Shown: piece after piece, positions 53,640 through 64,000 of the stretch | Position numbering within the stretch: position 1 is the stretch's first letter | Layout of the letters: every line of letters starts with the position of its first letter | Origin: Raillietiella orientalis | Taxonomy: Eukaryota | Assembly: GCA_036172245.1 (NCBI GenBank) | Contig: JAYWIR010000002.1 | Span: 3,100,001-3,164,000 of the forward strand | Reading direction: 5' to 3' | DNA length: 64,000 bases | The notes under the pieces: generated by a model | What the model saw: the letters and a program-made list of their open reading frames with translations, nothing else | Told to the model about the DNA's origin: nothing | The model's database searches: none | Program-made: the position numbers and the translations under genes

Positions 53640-54900
53640 CGGTTTCTTTGGATTGAGAAGAGGTCCATCCCGATATGGAATCCTCGGAACGTCTCGGACG
53701 TTTCGGATGCCTGACGAGCTTTCGAGGTTTGTGTAGTCGAACAGCATGTCTTGGGAACGGCAAAGATGGCGGCGTTGGAAACAAAACTGCCGGAGAACGT
53801 CATCACCGTGCGAGCGAGACAATCCTGCCCATGAGGAAAAAGGGTGCACCGCTGTCTGCCCGAGGGGAAGACTGGGAGAAGAACTCGAGATCACGCGACC
53901 CGGCATCCCCGATAGACGACCTTTCTTGGTCTATCGGACATGCCGGCAACATATCAAAGGGTTCCTTCCGGAAATAGGGATGCCATCCTGAACGTGCATC
54001 TCGTTTCGTCTGATGTGTGGCATGGGAACGAAAACCTTCTCTGAGTGTTGCCATCCGGGATTTGGCCTGTGGCAGAGGCGACCGATGTGACTGCGGCCTC
54101 CGCGCGCGGCACCTGACGTCTTGGTTTCGAACCCCGCCCGGGGAAGCATCGACGCAGAGAGAGGGGGGTGCGTCACGGGTTCGACTTCCTCCCGCAAGAT
54201 GACGCTGGTCGGGCTGTTCGGGTGCACCTCTGGTGGAAAGCCAGATGCCGCCGTTGACTGGTCTCTGGGACTGGAAGTCGATTTTCCGGGGTCCCTCCAG
54301 AATGAAGGAGTCCTCCGGGGCTTCCCTCTGGTCTTTGAAAATGGAGCCGTCCTCCTCCTTCGTCGGGGGGAGAGGACCTTCCGTCGCGTACCATGGAGCC
54401 GGTGGATCGATACCTCTCCAGTGTGCAAGAAGCGCGCTGCTCCCTTAGAGGAGAGCCCTCCAGAGAAATTGGGAAGCGCCCCTTCAGGGTTCCTCTTCAG
54501 AGGAGGAGGAAGCAAGGAGCGGTTCCCTTCGGGATTCATCCCCGGAGAAGAAATTCCAGGTGCGGATCCTTCCCGGATTTCCTTCAAAATAGAAATGTGG
54601 ACTGCCTTTTCCTCAGGGGGACTCCTCCGGAGAAAATGGGGAAGAGGCGGTTCCCTTCAGGGTTCCCTTCCAAGCGTGAGAGGAATGGATGCCTTCCTCC
54701 GGAGCCCTCCCCGGGTTCATGAGTTGGTCCCCATAACCTGAAGAGTCACCCGCACCCTCAGGTGGCGTGGGCAGCCTGTAAAAAGCTTTGCATGCCTCCC
54801 TCCCTAAGGAGGCGTCCGGTTCTTCAGCGAATCACAAAAGGAAAAGAAAGGCTGGAGGGAGAGCAGCGAAAACGGAGGGATGAGAAAGGATCTTCCGGAT
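53640..54900 (+). mobile_element. Decayed LINE RT-derived repeat, copy B
   Basis: Collinear relics of RT motifs: RDAILNVHL (cf. RNAIINVFF at ~21405), GLWQ (GIRQ), LGFEP, PQDD (YADD), LGLEVD (MGLRVN), VDRYL (KYLG), VAW (AVWN). Confidence 0.6.
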
Positions 54901-56141
54901 GTCTGGTTGCTACACCAGCCGTGGTTAGCCTTGTGCACGGGCAATATCGTAGTCTAGGAAGGCGACTGAGGCACGATTATGGCTAATTGAAAACCAACCG
55001 TGGTTCCGTTCGACACCGAACTCCGCTTGCGTGCGCGAGCTGGCCCGCCCTCCAGGATTCGTAGGCGAAAAGGAGAGGCAAAAGAAAAGGAAAAAAAAAG
55101 GCTTGCGCTGGCGGGTTGTGGCGTCCTGTCGCGGGGCTATTCCAGAACCCTCGTAACGAGGAACGCAGCATCCTGCTCTCCGAGAAGGAGTCGTAACCAC
55201 GGGCGGCGTGCTTTCCGAAAATCCATCCTGCCCCACAACTCAGACTTTGCTGCTGCTGCTTGTGTTTCCCGATTTAGGGGAATGTCAAGTTGAGATTGCT
55301 CTCCTTCCTCCTGGCATCACGGGTTTCAATTCGTTCGCTCCTCCGGGACTTCCGGCAGCCGGTCAGCAGTTATGGACTTCGGGATTGCGCCCCGAAAAAA
55401 CATGCTTCCACCCTCCCTCCACCTCCCCATCCCTCTTCTTCCCTCTTCTTCCCTGCTGCTTCTGCTTTTAAGGGAAAGCGAGTTTGTTTCGACTTTCCGA
55501 AGGCACGAAAAATTGACGCGTGGAACGAAATGGCACGCAGGCCAGCCTGTCCTTGGAATCATCCTGGATTTCTAAAATCCTGCCTTTGGGGATGCCAAGT
55601 CGAAAATTTCTCCCGCGCACTCCGATTCGGATTTCTTTTCTGCATTTCCTTTCATTTTCCCCTCCCAGTGGCCCTCAACGTCTCCACAGCTGCCGCCGCA
55701 GAGTGGGCTACACGGTGAGGTTTCATCTCACCCGTGTACCATGTTGAGTGAGCGTTGTGCTGCTGCTCCGTTTCTAATGCAAAGGCTGTGTTTCCTCGAG
55801 GATCTTCCCCCCTTCCCCTCTCCCCTTCCCCTCTCCCCTTCCCTTAGAAATGTCCAAAAGTGACGGGCTCGCGTTTCCCCTGTAAAATTCAATCCACCAA
55901 TGGCAGAGCCCGTTCCAGTCTGCAAGCCGTGTTGAAGGGAAATGAATGGAAGTGCCCAGCAGACCCCAACTTAGGCCGCCGATTTCCTACTTGCCAGGCA
56001 AGGCAACCCCCTCCCCTCTCCCCGACGCTAGGGTTACAGCTCGCTGCGAGGCTTCTCGGAATCGTTGGTGCAGCCGATGAACAAGTCTGCTTCCTCAGTG
56101 CTCCCTGACGGTAGGAAACTCTCCGAACACCATCTCACAGG

Positions 56142-58400
56142 TTTATTACCCGAATTTGCTGGGCATTTATTCTAAAGATAATAAAAGTACATAATTATTA
56201 TTATCGTGTAGTGAACCACTTGGTTTGCCACGGCACTTCGTTTCCGCGGCGAAGGGAAAAGGAAGACCACAAACAAAAAGAAATAAAAAGATGGGGAGAG
56301 AGGCATTTCTTGGAGTCGGGGGGAGGGAGGGGAAGGGATCATTGTTCGCCTGGAGACGTTTTCTAAATCCTGTCCAGGATACCAACAAGATGCGTCCTTT
56401 CATTGCCCAGATGCGGCCATCGCGATGATGTCCTCAAAAAGATCCGTGTCCAGTGGATATCATCCCTGCCATTCTGGCCTCTTCTTGTCGCGTTCCAGAC
56501 TTCTACGATTCCGCGAATGCAGCAGAGAACTGCTGGGATGCGGCTGGCGGCAGATCGGAACGAACGAAGAGGCTCTTAAAAATGTCCCTGGGGCCACCTT
56601 CGGGAATATCTAGGATCGTCGACAGACGATCCCAAAGGGGACGGAGGGCGCACATTTCAGTAGAAGGTGCAGCAAAGTCTCTTTGTCGGTCCAACTCTCG
56701 CAACGAGCATCCACACTCTCCCGTGTCCAATGGTGGAGGCATGTTTTGCATGGGATTCCCCCATGCAATACCAGCAACGTCATCTCCTGCCACTTCAGGA
56801 GCCGTCTCTCTGATCGTCCGATCTCTGTCCTCCAGGGTTCCTGCGGCTCTGTTTCCGCGCGACAAGCTCTTAACGAACCCACGAGGAGGCCGTACAGACT
56901 CTCTCCTCCTCCTAGATCGAGGACCAAATTCCATAAAGAAGCTGGAATCTTTGTCGATAGGCCAAAGGATGCTTTGCACGAAGTGCAACAGAATTCTCAT
57001 CAGTAAGGATATCCCGAGGGTCTCTTCTTCCGTGACTTCAATTAGAATTGAGAAGAAGGTTACCAGGATCGGGAGCCGAGAGCGAGGCGGGAGCAGCGCT
57101 GTATGCTCCTTTCCTCGAAAACTGAGGTGGTACTTCTCCGAGGTGCTTGACTGCAGGGAGACATTCAAGTCACCTTCCGGAACGATGTCCGAAAGAAGCT
57201 TTCTTTTTGGAGGACTCGCGAGAATTGTTCGGCCACGAGGATCGTCTATCCGGGAGTGATGAAACCCTCCCTCCCACTTTCGCAATCTCGTCCTCGTGCT
57301 CCCGGTGGCCAAGCGGCAAGCCGTCACTCTTGGAACATCGCACAAGATCTCCTCACTGGTTGGGAACTGAGGTACGATCAGAGAAAGAGTGAATGGTTGG
57401 CGTCTTCATGTTTGGGAATTAGGAAAAGTGAGCAGGCCGCTCGTCCCTATCGGCAACACGCTTATAGGATGGGGTAAGTTGGGGGAGTTTGGAGCGAAGA
57501 GAGCTACCTCCTTCTTTGGAACGAAATGGATGGAAATCCCTCTTTTCTGTCTTCGCTGTTTTCCTTCCAGTTTTTTTTTTTGCTTCGCTGAGTAGCTCAA
57601 GAGTCGTGGCGCCCCTGGAGGCAGCTCATTCAGCTCTTTCACGCTGTTCCACGCCATCCGAGGGTGCGTGTGATTCTTCAAGACAGGGGGGCACTCTATG
57701 AATCCAGGAAGGACTCCGGGGAAGGGAGCCCGTTCCTCTCGCGCCTGGGGACGGATTCTCGAAGGGAACCCTCCACCCTGGTTGTCTCCGAAGGGGAACC
57801 CTGAAGGGATCTCCTTCCTTATTCTCTCCGGAGGGACTCCCTGGAGGGGTCTGCTCCATTTTTTCTTCTCCTAAGGGAACCTGGAAAGGATCTGCTAGTA
57901 GGAATTCCTTCTCCAGAGGAATCCCCGCGAGGGATTCGCTCTTGTTTTCTCCTCTGAAGAGAACCCAGAAGGGACTCTTCCGAAATTCAGAAAGACGCAG
58001 CTTCCCCGAAGGGATCGGCTCGTGTCTCTGCACTCTCTGGAGAGGTGATGGCGACACACCTACTCCATCAGTACGACGCGGAGGGTCCCCCTAGAATAGG
58101 GGATCCGCTCCTTCACAACCGGAGAAGAGCTCCCACTCCTTGATTCCTGGAAGGACCCGGAAGTCGACTCCTACTGTTCCGGCCCTCATTGGAGGCATCC
58201 GGTTTGAACCACTACCAGTACCGCACCCGGATGAATGGAGGTCAACTAGCATCATCTTGTGGGAGAAACTCGAACCCACGACGCACTGCACCGATTCATT
58301 TGGGAGTATTCGCACCCGCGACGCTTGCTGGTGCCACGCTCGGAGACCGTGATCACACGGCCTCCGACGAGGGCTACCTGTGGTACTCTGCTCTTTCGCT
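56142..58400 (-). mobile_element. Older LINE copy: decayed RT (repeat copy C, 57600-58350) contiguous with ORF2 C-terminus, 3' UTR and terminal hairpin
   Basis: LKWQEMTLLVLHGGIPC...HWTRE...CESW..KETLLHLLLKC, LWDRLSTILDIP; 3' UTR GATCCCTTCCC; terminus AATAAATGCCCAGCAAATTCGGGTAATAAA. 57600-58350 aligns with copies A and B. Confidence 0.85.
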
Positions 58401-59709
58401 GCTTTGCTGTGATGCACACTTGAGAAGAACCTCTAGCGAAACCTTCAGCAGCCATCGGAGGGGAGATTCCTGGTTCCGAAATTCCTTTCTTCGTGCTCTC
58501 GTGGACGACGCCTAAGAGGATCCCACGATGGGTAGCCATTTGCCCGACGGGGGTCTATCCAACCACCCGAATAGCCTCTTCTCTTTCCCACTCAGTGCAG
58601 GGTTGTCTCTTCCGATACCGAGGTATGGTTATTGTCTGTCGATTTTTTCTCCGTGGACTCGAGGGATCCACAGATGAGGAAGAAATCACTGGGGATGTCT
58701 CAGCGCTTTCTTTCTGTTTTCAGTTGGGGGGGTCTCGGACGCAAGTTCGAGCAGCACCGTTCCAAAACCTCCCTCGAGTCGACATCCACAGAAGCACCCA
58801 CTACCTGGAACCATGAGCTTCCGCTCCGCCATCTCTTCTTCAACCACGGGATAGCCAGCTGTCCTTCAAAGACCTGAAGGCACTAGAGGACTGAGGTGGG
58901 CTCTTCAGAAAAGGATGTGCTGGACTATCGATATCATCGAGTTCCTCTTGGAAGCTCAGCACGAGGAACAGGCGACTTGGGCACCAGTTGCCCAGAGGAG
59001 GAAGGGGGGGGGGGAAGAGACCTCCCGCTGCCGAATCATGACGGTGATCTGCTGGAAAGCGCTCCTACTCGAGTGTTCCTGTCGGAAGGAGGGAGGACTC
59101 GCCCTGCTTTCTCGAGACTCTTGGCTGCCGGCAGCATGCGTAGCAAAGCACCGGGGTCACGCGCGCATTTCTCGCACAAGTGGACTCGGGAGTGCCCGCA
59201 TGCTCAGGCAGTAGAATCCTCGCGCGTGAGGACTTCCGAGAATAAAGGCGGGGTATCCCTCGCCCGAGTCGGAGACACCGCCGGGGTCGCCGGTGTCTCC
59301 GCACCCAAGCACTCCGCCGGAATCGCAGGACTTTTTCCTTTTTTTTTTAGACCCTGTCTTTAAGAACGTCGCGTTGAGCAGCAGCTTTGTGACGGAGATG
59401 CTGGAGGCGGCCCCTAGTTAGAGATTAAGAGGACACCCCCATCAGCACCGGAGGCTGGCGACACCTTCAAGCGTACATTCGCAGGGAGCACTGCTGCGTT
59501 CGCACGCTACAGACTCGCGAGAGGCATCGCACACGCGAACGCGTACACGTGCTCGCACGCACGTGGTTCGCGTACGTCGGACACACCTCCATGCATCACA
59601 GCATACCTGCAAACACGCAAGTGTGAACCCGAACGTACGCAGAGCCCATGACCTATCTTGACGTGCACGCAGATGCCAACGCTCCCACCCTCATGGGAAA
59701 CGCGTTCAC

Positions 59710-60600
59710 GTTGCCACCCGGGTGCGCCAGGGCGTGTATTTAATGTAAAAATAAACATAGACAAAGAGTGTGGTTGGACCGGTGGTCCAGCCACGTCCAT
59801 TCAACGAGAGCTTGCTGGGTTACCGGTTCTCAGACCGGTGCGGTCCGTCACGGCAGCAGAGGAGAGGGGGCAAGCAAGATGAAAAGGAAACAAAAATAAA
59901 AATAAATAAATGGGGGGTGGGGAAAGGGATCACGTCATGCTGGGGGAGGTCCTCTGCATCCTTTCGAGGATCTCTTTCGAGGATGCCGGCAAGCTCTTGC
60001 TGCATACAGTCCTTCAGGTGAGGCCATCTTTTTGCGATCCTCATAAAGCGGACGGAGAAGTGGATGGCGTCCCACTCCTTGTATCCTCCTCTTGCATCTC
60101 TCCAGGCAGCTACAATCCCGCGTAGGTAGCAGAGAGCTGCCAGCGAGGCTGCCGGCCGAAGTGCGTCGCGTAGGAGCGTCCCTGGAGCTAACCGCCGGGG
60201 GCTCCTAGGGTCTCGGCCAAGTGTTCCCAGAGGGGCCGGAAAGGGCAACGCAATCCACAAGCAGGTGCCGGAGGGATTCACGCTCCACGACAGCTCCTGA
60301 CACAGTTGGGGTCCACACACGCTCGTGTCTAGTGATGCCGGCGGGCGTTGAACGGGAGACCCCAGTGCAGCAGCATCAACGCCACTTTAATGGGAGGGTG
60401 TGGATGTCCAAGAGCACCGAAGGCCAGTAGGCCTTCCTCCGGAATACCCAGTAGCTCTCTTCAGCGTAAAAGTCCACGAGTTGGAGCACTCGGGGTCGCA
60501 GCCGGCCCCTTCGTCCACTCACTCGTCCTCTTCTCCTGTTGGAGATTTCAGCACCAACCTCTCATCTAGCCGCAAGGCTGATGCTCATATGTTCCCTCAG
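59710..60600 (-). mobile_element. LINE 3' fragment of the subfamily seen at 20700-23399
   Basis: LAALCYLRGIVAAW matches LAALCCIRGIVAAW; LKWR...LLHW relic; terminus AATACACGCCCTGGCGCACCCGGGTGGCAAC. Confidence 0.85.
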
Positions 60601-63600
60601 GGAGGGCAGCGCTGCAGCAAGGAAGATTCTTCCTGCTCACGCACTCTTCATGGAATGGATGTACGGGATATCCCGGAGCTAGCAGTTATAAAAACAGTGC
60701 AGCAAACGCTGTGCCTCTTCCGGGCATCGCTCGTTGTGCTTCGCCCCCATGCGAACGGTTTCCTGCAACCATTAGCGGAGCTTTTCCTCCCCGCAAATGG
60801 TAATTCGCGGGGCGGGGAAGAGCGTTTACGAGTGCTTTACCACGCGCAAGGGACCCCCATCGCGTGTCACATGTGGCATGTGCGGGCGGGGCACGCCGAT
60901 GCTCGCGCGATCGCACGGTACGGAAGCTTTTGGGGCTAGGTAACCCTGGGGTGAAAGTGCACTTGGGCTGGTGTGTCAAAACCGAGGCCCCCGCGTGCTC
61001 GTGCGTCGGCGTACAGCAGCGCCCTCCACTCCCGTTTCCTGGCAACCGATCAAAGTGCTTTCAGTTTCGAGGTTTTCTCGATTCAGGAAGGAAGGAGGAA
61101 GCTCTCTGTGCCTCCATCCTTCTTCCTCGACAAACAGCTCGCGAGCATTCCCCTGGGGCCTATAGGGATGGGGGGAGGAGGCAGGGTCTCCCGGGCGACA
61201 GAGCTGCCCTCGTTTTCGAATTTTAGCATGCAGCAGAGTCCCGCCGAAATTCGCATCGCTCGCTCGCTCGCTCGCTCGTCGGAAGACATTCTTCCTAGAA
61301 GAGGAAGTGTGTCTGTGTAGGGGGGGGGGGAGGATAGGAAGAGGAGGTGAGAGGCAGAGGAGGAGTAAGAAGAAAACCCATCGGGTCTCGCTCGAACGAA
61401 GTCAAGGACTTCCAGCCCGAGCTAATTCGAGCGCCCTCGTCAAGCGAGGACTCTCAGATTCCTAGGCGACGGCCCCGAGAGCCAGCGTGCAACCTCCATT
61501 TGTCTCCCGTGGAGGAGTCCTTCTCCGCAGTTGGGCCTTTTCTCATGGGAGCGGAGCGAGCCCCCTCGGATCGATGGCTGCGGGTCCGTGCCTCAGCACT
61601 GGGATCGGTGATGAGCGGCCGCGGGCATCTTTCTTTCCGCGAGCGTCCCCGTGACGTGGCGCGCGTGCTGCTGAGATCCGCGCTGGACCCACCGCTCCCT
61701 CGCGTGCGCGGTGCTGCTGCCTCCGAGCTGAGCCGGCAAGGGAGAGGGGGCAGCTGCTGCCCCCTCCCGCAGCTCCGAATCGACGGAGCTGGTCCGCGCT
61801 AGGGAACGGGTGATTCGTCAGGGACTTCCTTCCGGCACTTCTTCCTCGCACCCTAGCAGCTCCTCATTGCCAGGGTGCGAGGGAGCAGGGTGTTCCCTTC
61901 CCTGATGGAAGAACAAAGGAAAAAGACCTTGACAACAGAGAGGGGTTTAATCGGAGCACCTACCTCTCCCCCTCCTTCTCTCAGGAGCAACTGGGCGGTT
62001 GCCGCCCGCGCCACTTCGACCGGTGCCCCTCCTCTCCGCGTCGCTGCCATGCCGGACTCTCAGGAGGGCTTCGATTCGATGCTCCTGACGTGGGGCCGCG
62101 CGTTACTGCTAGGAAGGAAAAGTGGGGCGTATGCGCCTTCGTTCCCTCCAGGGGGAGGGAGGGAAGGAAGGAGAGGCGTCCCTCGTGGGAGAGGCGTGCG
62201 GCGCCGCCGTCGGAGCGAAGCGGGCATCGCATCCGTCGTCTTCGGCAGTCGTCGTCCGGCGGGAGGACGGACGCTACTGCTGGTTCTCGGCAGGCACAGC
62301 GTCCTGTGGTCCAGGCGTGTGGCGAGGAGGGACACTCTCTCCCTCCTGCCATTTTTTTTTTTTTTTTGCAGCTGCTGTTGCTGCTGCCGCCGCCCTTTCG
62401 TATTGATTTGCAGCAGCCGGCAAGGCTCTTTCAGGATAGGCACAGATGTTCTGCTATCTCATGGAGCAGCATCGAGACCACGATGGACTGCCTACCGGAC
62501 CCGACACGGGGGTTGCTTGGAGAAGTTCCTCCGGCGCCCGCTGCCCTTGGTTACCGAAGGAAGGAGGGAGTGAGCCATTGGGGAAGGGCGACGTTCCCGA
62601 AGTGCCATTCTGAAGTGAGGAGGCAGCGCTCCCGCGGCGCAGCGGACGAGGAAGGCCACAAGACACGGAGGAAGGGCCCTCCAGCGAGGGGGTTTCCCTC
62701 TTCGCTTGCCTCTCGAGACAGGGGCCAGCGCACCCTCGCGCACTGGACAGGCTGCTCTCTTTGGTGCATAGCATTCCCAGGTGGCTCGTTGTCGTCCGGG
62801 TTTCTCCCGGCTTGCGGGGGTAGAAGGTGAAGTGAGCCTTGCTGCGGGGGAGGGAAGGATTCGGGGCAAGAACTCCCGTCCTTCCCCTCTTCCTCTCCGT
62901 CCCCGGCTCGGCACCGCGCGGCTCCCTCGAAAGGAGGCGGGCGCTCCGGGCTTTCCTTACCTCTCGGAGTCGAAGGCGCACGAGGTGCAGCTCCCAGAGG
63001 AAAGGACCGCTACGTGCGGCTGGCTTCTTGCCCTCGGAAGACGGGGTGAAGGGAGGGCAGCAGTCGGAGGGTCGTGGCGCTCGCACACGTGCGCTTCCTG
63101 CGCCGACGTGGAGGAGGGTAGTCTTCCGAGCCGGATGGCGATTCCTCCAATGCGCGCGCCTCCTCGGAAGGGTGTCTTCACGCAAAACGATCCCCACGGG
63201 CAAGGGGACTGGGGAACGGGGCTAAAGGAAAGGTATCCTGAACCGGGACGGCGGGCGGAGGCGAGTGCGGCCCATGGAGCGCATGCACCCAGGCTCCGGT
63301 CGTTCGGAAAGCTTTCGAACCCCACCCTTTCCCACAGTCGACCGGGAGGACTAGTGCCACCGCCGCCTTTCGACGACTGGCTGTCACCCCGTGAAGCTGC
63401 GCTGAGGTGTCGCGAGGACATCGAGGCACGCCCGGCTCTTTGTCCCTCCGATCGCCGCTGGCATCTGCCCCACGAGAGGCAGAGGACGTGCGCGCACTCA
63501 TGAAAGAGCGCACGCGCACACACTTTGCGGTTGGGCTCGCGTCGGCTGCAAGTCAGGGACGGAGCCGCGTGGCGATGGAGGGCCTCTCTGTTTGTGCTCT

Positions 63601-64000
63601 CCTGCCGGCCGTGCGCGAGCGGCCGGGCCGACTACTAGGGAAGCAGCGCGCCTCTTCTCCGGACGAGCGCGGAGCCCGGTTTCCTCGCGGCAAGGTCGAC
63701 TGGAAACCGTTCCATGTCCTCCTCCCCCCTCCCTTCCCCCAATTCTCCGCAATTGCGCGGCCACCGTTCGGCGAACGGCTCGAAAAGCCTTCAGAGGGGC
63801 GACCTTTCCAGTTAGGCCGGTGAGGCCACCCGTCCTTGTGGAGTGGGGGGATTCTGCTCTGCCGGGAGGGCCGGTTGAGAAGGCGGAGGAATTGCCACCT
63901 CCCCCCTCTTCCTCGACTTCCCTCTCTCTCATCGCGGCTTCTCCTCAGAGCCCTCGCAGTTCGCAGGGCTGCCGCACGGAGGAAGGGGTTCCCGACTGCT

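Noticed and set aside
54080-54780. tRNA-derived SINE interpretation of the three-copy repeat (GGTTCGA B-box-like motif in all copies)
   Set aside because: No cloverleaf or clear A-box. Homology extends on both sides, RT motif relics occur in the right order, and copy C runs directly into LINE ORF2.
1-64000. CRISPR arrays, rRNA, tRNA genes, hammerhead ribozymes, prokaryotic operons
   Set aside because: No regularly spaced repeats or cloverleafs were seen, the CTGATGA hits I checked lack the rest of the hammerhead core, and gene structure is spliceosomal.

Overview
Eukaryotic (invertebrate, probably arthropod; inferred) genomic DNA with short GT-AG introns and sharp GC shifts. Recognisable genes: the 3' six exons of a CD36/scavenger receptor class B gene (1-1807, +), FBXO22 (12000-14054, +) in a CpG-depleted AT-rich block, a convergent single-ORF CMP-sialic acid synthetase (14910-15584, -), and two tandem CFAP119/CCDC189-like (CLAMP domain) paralogs on the minus strand (28268-39085 and 42161-45609) that share intron phases but differ strongly in GC content and intron size. 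Much of the GC-rich intergenic DNA is made of copies of one L1/Tx1-type LINE family of different ages (APE endonuclease, RT, C-terminal zinc-binding region). Most notable observations: six LINE copies end in a conserved ~31-nt AATAAA + stem-loop with no poly(A) tail; an inverted ~90-bp copy of a CFAP119-like splice acceptor/exon lies next to a LINE tail 4.5 kb from its source; and an inverted pair of decayed RT copies has an unexpectedly well-conserved core. Most long ORFs in the supplied track are GC-driven artefacts. All alignments and percentages were done by eye, and family assignments rest on remembered motifs, not database searches.
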